Shown here in pieces: positions 51,601 through 63,800 of a stretch of DNA of 64,000 nucleotides. The notes beneath the pieces were generated by a model. It was not told the origin of the DNA. It saw nothing but the letters and a program-made list of their open reading frames with translations, and did not search any database. Position numbers and translations under genes: made by a program. The first letter of the stretch is position 1, and each line of letters starts with the position of its first letter. Source of the DNA: the human T2T-CHM13v2.0 reference genome, Homo sapiens; assembly GCF_009914755.1 (NCBI RefSeq), contig NC_060944.1; one strand, given 5' to 3'.

Positions 51601-54600
51601 AACTTTTTTCATGATGTATCTACTCAGCAAACAGAGTTGAACCTTTCTTTTGAGAGAGCAGTTTTGAAACACTCTTTTTGTGGAATATGCAAGTGGGTAT
51701 TAGGCCAGCTTGGAGGATTTCGTTGGAAACGGGAATACGTATAAAAAGCAGACAGCAGCATTGTCAGAAACTACTTTGTGATGTTTGCATTCAAGTCACA
51801 GAATTGAACACTCCCTTTCACAGAGCAGGTTTGAAACACTCTTTTTGTAGTGTCTGTAAGTGAACATTTGGATTGCTTTCAGGCCTAAGGTGAAAAAGGA
51901 AATATCTTCCCATAAAAACTAGACAGAAGCATTCTCAGAAACTTGTTTGTGATGTGTGCCCTCTACTGACAGAGTTGAAGCTTTCTTTGCAAAGAGCAGT
52001 TTTGAAACACTCTTTTTGTAGAATCTGCAAGAGGATATTTGGATAGCTTTGAGGATTTCTTGGGAAACGGGAATGTCTTCAGATAAACTCTAGACAGAAG
52101 CATTCTCAGAAACTTCTTTGGGATGTTTCAATTGAAGTCACAGTGTTGAACATTCCCTTTCACAGAGCAGGTTTGAAACACTCTTTTTGTAGTGTCTATA
52201 AGTGAACATTTGGCGTGCTTTCAGTTGTAACGTGAAAAAGGAAATATCTTCCCATAAAAACTAGACAGAAGCATTCTCAGAAACTTGTTCTTGATGTGTC
52301 CCCTCTACTGACAGAGTTGAACCTTTCTTTGCAAAGAGCAGCTTTGAAACACTCTTTTTGTAGAATCTGCAAGAGGATATTTGGATAGCTTGGAGGATTT
52401 CGTTGGAAACGGGAATGTCTTCAGATAAACTCTAGACAGAAGCATTCTCAGAAACTTCTTTGGGATGTTGCATTCAAGTCACAGTGTTGAACATTCCCTT
52501 TCACAGAGCAGGTTTGAAACACTCTTTTTGTAGTGTCTATAAGTGAACATTTGGCGTGCTTTCAGGCCTAACGTGAAAAAGGAAATATCTTCCCATAAAA
52601 ACTAGACAGAAGCATTCTCAGAAACTTGTTCCTGATGTGTGCCCTCTACTGACAGAGTTGAACCTTTGTTTGCAAAGAGCAGCTTTGAAACACACTTTTT
52701 GTAGAATCTGCAAGAGGATATTTGGATAGCTTTAAGGATTTCGTTGGAAACGGGTATGTCTTCAGATAAACTCTAGACAGAAGCATTCTCAGAAACTTCT
52801 TTGGGATGTTGCATTCAAGTCACAGAGTAGAACATTCCCATTCATAGAGCAGATTTGAAACACTCTTTTTGTAGTATCTGGAAGTGGACATTTGGAGCGC
52901 TTTCCGGCCTATGTTGAAAAAGGAAATATCTTCCCATAAAAACTAGACGGAAGCATTCTCAGAAACTTATTTGTGATGTGTTTGCTCAACTAACAGGATT
53001 GAACCATCGTTTTGAAGGAGCAGTTTTGAAACACTGTTTTCGTGGAATCTGCAAGTGGATATTTGGCTAGCTTTGAGGATTTCGTTGGAAACGGGATTAC
53101 ATATAAAAAGGAGACAGCAGCATTCTCAGAAACTTCTTTGTGATGTCTGCATTCAATTCACAGAGTTGAGCATTCCCTTTCATAGAGCAGGTTGGAAACA
53201 CTCTTTTTGTAGTATCTGGATGAGGACATTTGGAGCGCTTTCAGGCGTATGGTGAAAAAGGAAATATCTTCCCGTAAAAACTAGACAGAAGCATTCTCAG
53301 AAGTTTATTTGTGATGTGTGCCCTCAACTAACAGAGTTGAACCTTTCTTTTGATAGAGCAGTTTTGAAACACTCTTTTTGTAAAATCTTCAAGAGGATAT
53401 TTGGATAGCTTTGAGGATTTCGTTGCAAACGGGAATGGCTTCATATAAACTCTAGACAGAAGCATTCTCAGAAACTTCGTTGGGATGTTTCGATTGAAGT
53501 CCCAGTGTTGAACATTCCCTTTTATAGAGCAGGTTGGAAACACTCTTTCTGCATTCCCTGGAAGTGGACATTTGGAGCGCTTTCAGGACGACGGTGAAAA
53601 TGGAAATATCTTCCAAGAAAATCTAGATAGAAGCAATGTCAGAAACTTTTATGTGATGGATCTACTCAGCTAACAGAGTTGAACCTTTCTTTTGAGAGAG
53701 CAGTTTTGCAACACTCTTTTTGTGGAATATGCAAGTGGATATTAGGGCAGCTTTGAGGATTTCGTTGGAAACGGGAATACATGTAAAAAGCAGACAGCAG
53801 CATTCTCAGAAACTTCTTTGTGATGTTTGCATTGAAGTCACAGAGTTGAACATTCCCTTTGAGAGAGCAGGTTTGAAACACGCCTTTTGTCATATCTGGA
53901 AGTGTCCATTCGGAGCGCATTCAGGCTTGTGTTGAAAAAGGAAATATCCTCCCATAAAAACTAGACAGAAGCATTCTCAGAAACTTATCTGTGATGTATG
54001 TACTCAACTAACAGAACTAAACCATCGTTTTGAAGGAGCAGTTTTGAAACACTCTTTTTGCGGAATCTGCAAGTGGATATTTGGCTAGCTGGGAGGATTT
54101 CGTTGGAAACGGGATTACATACAAAAAGCAGACAGCAGCATTCTCAGAAACTTCTTTGTGATGTTTGCATTCAAGTCACAGAGTTGAACATTCCCTTTCA
54201 TAGAGCAGGTTTGAAACACTCTTTTTGTAGTATCTGGATGTGGACATTTGGATCGCTTTCAGGCCTATGGTGAAAAAGGAAATATCTTCCCATGAAAACT
54301 AGACAGAAGCATTCTCAGAAACTTATTTGTGATGTGTGCCCTCAACTGACAGTGTTGAACCTTTGTTTTGATAGAGCAGTTCTGAAACACACTTTTTGTA
54401 AAATCTGCAAGAGGATATTTGGATAGCTTTGAGGATTTCGTTGGAAACGGGAATGTCTTCATGTAAACTCTAGACAGAAGCATTCTCAGAAACTGCTTTG
54501 GGATGTTTCAATTGAAGTCCCAGTGTTGAACATTCCCTTTCATAGAGCAGGTTTGAAACACTCTTTTTGTACTATCTGGAAGTGGACATTTGGAGCGCTT

Positions 54601-57600
54601 TCAGGTCTACGGTGAAAAAGGAGATATCTTCCAATAAAAACTAGATAGAAGCAATGTCAGAACTTTTTTCATGATGTATCTACTCAGCAAACAGAGTTGA
54701 ACCTTTCTTTTGAGAGAGCAGTTTTGAAACACTCTTTTTGTGGAATATGCAAGTGGGTATTAGGCCAGCTTGGAGGATTTCGTTGGAAACGGGAATACGT
54801 ATAAAAAGCAGACAGCAGCATTGTCAGAAACTACTTTGTGATGTTTGCATTCAAGTCACAGAATTGAACACTCCCTTTCACAGAGCAGGTTTGAAACACT
54901 CTTTTTGTAGTGTCTGTAAGTGAACATTTGGATTGCTTTCAGGCCTAAGGTGAAAAAGGAAATATCTTCCCATAAAAACTAGACAGAAGCATTCTCAGAA
55001 ACTTGTTTGTGATGTGTGCCCTCTACTGACAGAGTTGAAACTTTCTTTGCAAAGAGCAGTTTTGAAACACTCTTTTTGTAGAATCTGCAAGAGGATATTT
55101 GGATAGCTTTGAGGATTTCTTGGGAAACGGGAATGTCTTCAGATAAACTCTAGACAGAAGCATTCTCAGAAACTTCTTTGGGATGTTTCAATTGAAGTCA
55201 CAGTGTTGAACATTCCCTTTCACAGAGCAGGTTTGAAACACTCTTTTTGTAGTGTCTATAAGTGAACATTTGGCGTGCTTTCAGTTGTAACGTGAAAAAG
55301 GAAATATCTTCCCATAAAAACTAGACAGAAGCATTCTCAGAAACTTGTTCTTGATGTGTCCCCTCTACTGACAGAGTTGAACCTTTCTTTGCAAAGAGCA
55401 GCTTTGAAACACTCTTTTTGTAGAATCTGCAAGAGGATATTTGGATAGCTTGGAGGATTTCGTTGGAAACGGGAATGTCTTCAGATAAACTCTAGACAGA
55501 AGCATTCTCAGAAACTTCTTTGGGATGTTGCATTCAAGTCACAGTGTTGAACATTCCCTTTCACAGAGCAGGTTTGAAACACTCTTTTTGTAGTGTCTAT
55601 AAGTGAACATTTGGCGTGCTTTCAGGCCTAACGTGAAAAAGGAAATATCTTCCCATAAAAACTAGACAGAAGCATTCTCAGAAACTTGTTCCTGATGTGT
55701 GCCCTCTACTGACAGAGTTGAACCTTTGTTTGCAAAGAGCAGCTTTGAAACACACTTTTTGTAGAATCTGCAAGAGGATATTTGGATAGCTTTAAGGATT
55801 TCGTTGGAAACGGGTATGTCTTCAGATAAACTCTAGACAGAAGCATTCTCAGAAACTTCTTTGGGATGTTGCATTCAAGTCACAGAGTAGAACATTCCCA
55901 TTCATAGAGCAGATTTGAAACACTCTTTTTGTAGTATCTGGAAGTGGACATTTGGAGCGCTTTCCGGCCTATGTTGAAAAAGGAAATATCTTCCCATAAA
56001 AACTAGACGGAAGCATTCTCAGAAACTTATTTGTGATGTGTTTGCTCAACTAACAGGATTGAACCATCGTTTTGAAGGAGCAGTTTTGAAACACTGTTTT
56101 CGTGGAATCTGCAAGTGGATATTTGGCTAGCTTTGAGGATTTCGTTGGAAACGGGATTACATATAAAAAGGAGACAGCAGCATTCTCAGAAACTTCTTTG
56201 TGATGTCTGCATTCAATTCACAGAGTTGAGCATTCCCTTTCATAGAGCAGGTTGGAAACACTCTTTTTGTAGTATCTGGATGAGGACATTTGGAGCGCTT
56301 TCAGGCGTATGGTGAAAAAGGAAATATCTTCCCGTAAAAACTAGACAGAAGCATTCTCAGAAGTTTATTTGTGATGTGTGCCCTCAACTAACAGAGTTGA
56401 ACCTTTCTTTTGATAGAGCAGTTTTGAAACACTCTTTTTGTAAAATCTTCAAGAGGATATTTGGATAGCTTTGAGGATTTCGTTGCAAACGGGAATGGCT
56501 TCATATAAACTCTAGACAGAAGCATTCTCAGAAACTTCGTTGGGATGTTTCGATTGAAGTCCCAGTGTTGAACATTCCCTTTTATAGAGCAGGTTGGAAA
56601 CACTCTTTCTGCATTCCCTGGAAGTGGACATTTGGAGCGCTTTCAGGACGACGGTGAAAATGGAAATATCTTCCAAGAAAATCTAGATAGAAGCAATGTC
56701 AGAAACTTTTATGTGATGGATCTACTCAGCTAACAGAGTTGAACCTTTCTTTTGAGAGAGCAGTTTTGCAACACTCTTTTTGTGGAATATGCAAGTGGAT
56801 ATTAGGGCAGCTTTGAGGATTTCGTTGGAAACGGGAATACATGTAAAAAGCAGACAGCAGCATTCTCAGAAACTTCTTTGTGATGTTTGCATTGAAGTCA
56901 CAGAGTTGAACATTCCCTTTGAGAGAGCAGGTTTGAAACACGCCTTTTGTCATATCTGGAAGTGTCCATTCGGAGCGCATTCAGGCTTGTGTTGAAAAAG
57001 GAAATATCCTCCCATAAAAACTAGACAGAAGCATTCTCAGAAACTTATCTGTGATGTATGTACTCAACTAACAGAACTAAACCATCGTTTTGAAGGAGCA
57101 GTTTTGAAACACTCTTTTTGCGGAATCTGCAAGTGGATATTTGGCTAGCTGGGAGGATTTCGTTGGAAACGGGATTACATACAAAAAGCAGACAGCAGCA
57201 TTCTCAGAAACTTCTTTGTGATGTTTGCATTCAAGTCACAGAGTTGAACATTCCCTTTCATAGAGCAGGTTTGAAACACTCTTTTTGTAGTATCTGGATG
57301 TGGACATTTGGATCGCTTTCAGGCCTATGGTGAAAAAGGAAATATCTTCCCATGAAAACTAGACAGAAGCATTCTCAGAAACTTATTTGTGATGTGTGCC
57401 CTCAACTGACAGTGTTGAACCTTTGTTTTGATAGAGCAGTTCTGAAACACACTTTTTGTAAAATCTGCAAGAGGATATTTGGATAGCTTTGAGGATTTCG
57501 TTGGAAACGGGAATGTCTTCATGTAAACTCTAGACAGAAGCATTCTCAGAAACTGCTTTGGGATGTTTCAATTGAAGTCCCAGTGTTGAACATTCCCTTT

Positions 57601-57797
57601 CATAGAGCAGGTTTGAAACACTCTTTTTGTACTATCTGGAAGTGGACATTTGGAGCGCTTTCAGGTCTACGGTGAAAAAGGAGATATCTTCCAATAAAAA
57701 CTAGATAGAAGCAATGTCAGAACTTTTTTCATGATGTATCTACTCAGCAAACAGAGTTGAACCTTTCTTTTGAGAGAGCAGTTTTGAAACACTCTTT
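48618..57797 (+). repeat. Three tandem 18-mer type B HORs U18-U20 (3060 bp each)
   Basis: Anchor spacing 3060 three times. Hybrid A monomer GATGTTGCATTCAAGTCACAGTGTTG at ~49404, 52464 and 55524, each preceded by an extra intact CENP-B box. Confidence 0.95.
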
Positions 57798-60700
57798 TTG
57801 TGGAATATGCAAGTGGGTATTAGGCCAGCTTGGAGGATTTCGTTGGAAACGGGAATACGTATAAAAAGCAGACAGCAGCATTGTCAGAAACTACTTTGTG
57901 ATGTTTGCATTCAAGTCACAGAATTGAACACTCCCTTTCACAGAGCAGGTTTGAAACACTCTTTTTGTAGTGTCTGTAAGTGAACATTTGGATTGCTTTC
58001 AGGCCTAAGGTGAAAAAGGAAATATCTTCCCATAAAAACTAGACAGAAGCATTCTCAGAAACTTGTTTGTGATGTGTGCCCTCTACTGACAGAGTTGAAA
58101 CTTTCTTTGCAAAGAGCAGTTTTGAAACACTCTTTTTGTAGAATCTGCAAGAGGATATTTGGATAGCTTTGAGGATTTCTTGGGAAACGGGAATGTCTTC
58201 AGATAAACTCTAGACAGAAGCATTCTCAGAAACTTCTTTGGGATGTTTCAATTGAAGTCACAGTGTTGAACATTCCCTTTCACAGAGCAGGTTTGAAACA
58301 CTCTTTTTGTAGTGTCTATAAGTGAACATTTGGCGTGCTTTCAGGCCTAACGTGAAAAAGGAAATATCTTCCCATAAAAACTAGACAGAAGCATTCTCAG
58401 AAACTTGTTCTTGATGTGTGCCCTCTACTGACAGAGTTGAACCTTTCTTTGCAAAGAGCAGTTTTGAAACACTCTTTTTGTAGAATCTGCAAGAGGATAT
58501 TTGGATAGCTTTGAGGATTTCTTGGGAAACGGGAATGTCTTCAGATAAACTCTAGACAGAAGCATTCTCAGAAACTTCTTTGGGATGTTTCAATTGAAGT
58601 CACAGTGTTGAACATTCCCTTTCACAGAGCAGGTTTGAAACACTCTTTTTGTAGTGTCTATAAGTGAACATTTGGCGTGCTTTCAGGCCTAACGTGAAAA
58701 AGGAAATATCTTCCCATAAAAACTAGACAGAAGCATTCTCAGAAACTTGTTCTTGATGTGTGCCCTCTACTGACAGAGTTGAACCTTTCTTTGCAAAGAG
58801 CAGCTTTGAAACACTCTTTTTGTAGAATCTGCAAGAGGATATTTGGATAGCTTGGAGGATTTCGTTGGAAACGGGTATGTCTTCAGATAAACTCTAGACA
58901 GAAGCATTCTCAGAAACTTCTTTGGGATGTTGCATTCAAGTCACAGAGTAGAACATTCCCATTCATAGAGCAGATTTGAAACACTCTTTTTGTAGTATCT
59001 GGAAGTGGACATTTGGAGCGCTTTCAGGCCTATGTTGAAAAAGGAAATGTCTTCCCATAAAAACTAGACGGAAGCATTCTCAGAAACTTATTTGTGATGT
59101 GTTTGCTCAACTAACAGGATTGAACCATCGTTTTGAAGGAGCAGTTTTGAAACACTGTTTTCGTGGAATCTGCAAGTGGATATTTGGCTAGCTTTGAGGA
59201 TTTCGTTGGAAACGGGATTACATATAAAAAGGAGACAGCAGCATTCTCAGAAACTTCTTTGTGATGTCTGCATTCAATTCACAGAGTTGAGCATTCCCTT
59301 TCATAGAGCAGGTTGGAAACACTCTTTTTGTAGTATCTGGATGAGGACATTTGGAGCGCTTTCAGGCGTATGGTGAAAAAGGAAATATCTTCCCGTAAAA
59401 ACTAGACAGAAGCATTCTCAGAAGTTTATTTGTGATGTGTGCCCTCAACTAACAGAGTTGAACCTTTCTTTTGATAGAGCAGTTTTGAAACACTCTTTTT
59501 GTAAAATCTGCAAGAGGATATTTGGATAGCTTTGAGGATTTCGTTGCAAACGGGAATGGCTTCATATAAACTCTAGACAGAAGCATTCTCAGAAACTTCG
59601 TTGGGATGTTTCGATTGAAGTCCCAGTGTTGAACATTCCCTTTTATAGAGCAGGTTGGAAACACTCTTTCTGCATTCCCTGGAAGTGGACATTTGGAGCG
59701 CTTTCAGGACGACGGTGAAAATGGAAATATCTTCCAAGAAAATCTAGATAGAAGCAATGTCAGAAACTTTTATGTGATGGATCTACTCAGCTAACAGAGT
59801 TGAACCTTTCTTTTGAGAGAGCAGTTTTGCAACACTCTTTTTGTGGAATATGCAAGTGGATATTAGGGCAGCTTTGAGGATTTCGTTGGAAACGGGAATA
59901 CATGTAAAAAGCAGACAGCAGCATTCTCAGAAACTTCTTTGTGATGTTTGCATTGAAGTCACAGAGTTGAACATTCCCTTTGAGAGAGCAGGTTTGAAAC
60001 ACGCCTTTTGTCATATCTGGAAGTGTCCATTCGGAGCGCATTCAGGCTTGTGTTGAAAAAGGAAATATCCTCCCATAAAAACTAGACAGAAGCATTCTCA
60101 GAAACTTATCTGTGATGTATGTACTCAACTAACAGAACTAAACCATCGTTTTGAAGGAGCAGTTTTGAAACACTCTTTTTGCGGAATCTGCAAGTGGATA
60201 TTTGGCTAGCTGGGAGGATTTCGTTGGAAACGGGATTACATACAAAAAGCAGACAGCAGCATTCTCAGAAACTTCTTTGTGATGTTTGCATTCAAGTCAC
60301 AGAGTTGAACATTCCCTTTCATAGAGCAGGTTTGAAACACTCTTTTTGTAGTATCTGGATGTGGACATTTGGATCGCTTTCAGGCCTATGGTGAAAAAGG
60401 AAATATCTTCCCATGAAAACTAGACAGAAGCATTCTCAGAAACTTATTTGTGATGTGTGCCCTCAACTGACAGTGTTGAACCTTTGTTTTGATAGAGCAG
60501 TTCTGAAACACACTTTTTGTAAAATCTGCAAGAGGATATTTGGATAGCTTTGAGGATTTCGTTGGAAACGGGAATGTCTTCATGTAAACTCTAGACAGAA
60601 GCATTCTCAGAAACTGCTTTGGGATGTTTCAATTGAAGTCCCAGTGTTGAACATTCCCATTCATAGAGCAGGTTTGAAACACTCTTTTTGTACTATCTGG

Positions 60701-60858
60701 AAGTGGACATTTGGAGCGCTTTCAGGTCTACGGTGAAAAAGGAGATATCTTCCAATAAAAACTAGATAGAAGCAATGTCAGAACTTTTTTCATGATGTAT
60801 CTACTCAGCAAACAGAGTTGAACCTTTCTTTTGAGAGAGCAGTTTTGAAACACTCTTT
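57798..60858 (+). repeat. HOR structural variant U21, 18-mer type C (3061 bp)
   Basis: Extra 342-bp dimer. The hybrid B monomer switches identity between 58412 and 58461 and lacks the type A private SNPs. Confidence 0.93.
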
Positions 60859-63800
60859 TTGTGGAATATGCAAGTGGGTATTAGGCCAGCTTGGAGGATT
60901 TCGTTGGAAACGGGAATACGTATAAAAAGCAGACAGCAGCATTGTCAGAAACTACTTTGTGATGTTTGCATTCAAGTCACAGAATTGAACACTCCCTTTC
61001 ACAGAGCAGGTTTGAAACACTCTTTTTGTAGTGTCTGTAAGTGAACATTTGGATTGCTTTCAGGCCTAAGGTGAAAAAGGAAATATCTTCCCATAAAAAC
61101 TAGACAGAAGCATTCTCAGAAACTTGTTTGTGATGTGTGCCCTCTACTGACAGAGTTGAAGCTTTCTTTGCAAAGAGCAGTTTTGAAACACTCTTTTTGT
61201 AGAATCTGCAAGAGGATATTTGGATAGCTTTGAGGATTTCTTGGGAAACGGGAATGTCTTCAGATAAACTCTAGACAGAAGCATTCTCAGAAACTTCTTT
61301 GGGATGTTTCAATTGAAGTCACAGTGTTGAACATTCCCTTTCACAGAGCAGGTTTGAAACACTCTTTTTGTAGTGTCTATAAGTGAACATTTGGCGTGCT
61401 TTCAGTTGTAACGTGAAAAAGGAAATATCTTCCCATAAAAACTAGACAGAAGCATTCTCAGAAACTTGTTCTTGATGTGTCCCCTCTACTGACAGAGTTG
61501 AACCTTTCTTTGCAAAGAGCAGCTTTGAAACACTCTTTTTGTAGAATCTGCAAGAGGATATTTGGATAGCTTTGAGGATTTCGTTGGAAACGGGTATGTC
61601 TTCAGATAAACTCTAGACAGAAGCATTCTCAGAAACTTCTTTGGGATGTTGCATTCAAGTCACAGAGTAGAACATTCCCATTCATAGAGCAGATTTGAAA
61701 CACTCTTTTTGTAGTATCTGGAAGTGGACATTTGGAGCGCTTTCAGGCCTATGTTGAAAAAGGAAATATCTTCCCATAAAAACTAGACGGAAGCATTCTC
61801 AGAAACTTATTTGTGATGTGTTTGCTCAACTAACAGGATTGAACCATCGTTTTGAAGGAGCAGTTTTGAAACACTGTTTTCGTGGAATCTGCAAGTGGAT
61901 ATTTGGCTAGCTTTGAGGATTTCGTTGGAAACGGGATTACATATAAAAAGGAGACAGCAGCATTCTCAGAAACTTCTTTGTGATGTCTGCATTCAATTCA
62001 CAGAGTTGAGCATTCCCTTTCATAGAGCAGGTTGGAAACACTCTTTTTGTAGTATCTGGATGAGGACATTTGGAGCGCTTTCAGGCGTATGGTGAAAAAG
62101 GAAATATCTTCCCGTAAAAACTAGACAGAAGCATTCTCAGAAGTTTATTTGTGATGTGTGCCCTCAACTAACAGAGTTGAACCTTTCTTTTGATAGAGCA
62201 GTTTTGAAACACTCTTTTTGTAAAATCTGCAAGAGGATATTTGGATAGCTTTGAGGATTTCGTTGCAAACGGGAATGGCTTCATATAAACTCTAGACAGA
62301 AGCATTCTCAGAAACTTCGTTGGGATGTTTCGATTGAAGTCCCAGTGTTGAACATTCCCTTTTATAGAGCAGGTTGGAAACACTCTTTCTGCATTCCCTG
62401 GAAGTGGACATTTGGAGCGCTTTCAGGACGACGGTGAAAATGGAAATATCTTCCAAGAAAATCTAGATAGAAGCAATGTCAGAAACTTTTATGTGATGGA
62501 TCTACTCAGCTAACAGAGTTGAACCTTTCTTTTGAGAGAGCAGTTTTGCAACACTCTTTTTGTGGAATATGCAAGTGGATATTAGGGCAGCTTTGAGGAT
62601 TTCGTTGGAAACGGGAATACATGTAAAAAGCAGACAGCAGCATTCTCAGAAACTTCTTTGTGATGTTTGCATTGAAGTCACAGAGTTGAACATTCCCTTT
62701 GAGAGAGCAGGTTTGAAACACGCCTTTTGTCATATCTGGAAGTGTCCATTCGGAGCGCATTCAGGCTTGTGTTGAAAAAGGAAATATCCTCCCATAAAAA
62801 CTAGACAGAAGCATTCTCAGAAACTTATCTGTGATGTATGTACTCAACTAACAGAACTAAACCATCGTTTTGAAGGAGCAGTTTTGAAACACTCTTTTTG
62901 CGGAATCTGCAAGTGGATATTTGGCTAGCTGGGAGGATTTCGTTGGAAACGGGATTACATACAAAAAGCAGACAGCAGCATTCTCAGAAACTTCTTTGTG
63001 ATGTTTGCATTCAAGTCACAGAGTTGAACATTCCCTTTCATAGAGCAGGTTTGAAACACTCTTTTTGTAGTATCTGGATGTGGACATTTGGATCGCTTTC
63101 AGGCCTATGGTGAAAAAGGAAATATCTTCCCATGAAAACTAGACAGAAGCATTCTCAGAAACTTATTTGTGATGTGTGCCCTCAACTGACAGTGTTGAAC
63201 CTTTGTTTTGATAGAGCAGTTCTGAAACACACTTTTTGTAAAATCTGCAAGAGGATATTTGGATAGCTTTGAGGATTTCGTTGGAAACGGGAATGTCTTC
63301 ATGTAAACTCTAGACAGAAGCATTCTCAGAAACTGCTTTGGGATGTTTCAATTGAAGTCCCAGTGTTGAACATTCCCTTTCATAGAGCAGGTTTGAAACA
63401 CTCTTTTTGTACTATCTGGAAGTGGACATTTGGAGCGCTTTCAGGTCTACGGTGAAAAAGGAGATATCTTCCAATAAAAACTAGATAGAAGCAATGTCAG
63501 AACTTTTTTCATGATGTATCTACTCAGCAAACAGAGTTGAACCTTTCTTTTGAGAGAGCAGTTTTGAAACACTCTTTTTGTGGAATATGCAAGTGGGTAT
63601 TAGGCCAGCTTGGAGGATTTCGTTGGAAACGGGAATACGTATAAAAAGCAGACAGCAGCATTGTCAGAAACTACTTTGTGATGTTTGCATTCAAGTCACA
63701 GAATTGAACACTCCCTTTCACAGAGCAGGTTTGAAACACTCTTTTTGTAGTGTCTGTAAGTGAACATTTGGATTGCTTTCAGGCCTAAGGTGAAAAAGGA

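Noticed and set aside
8-63763. About 140 short ORFs (61-84 aa) on both strands
   Set aside because: They are translations of satellite monomers recurring with the repeat period. Many start at TTG or GTG, they overlap on opposite strands, show no recognisable domain, and appear or vanish with single SNPs (e.g. a TGA near 32662 in U12). I used them only as positional markers.
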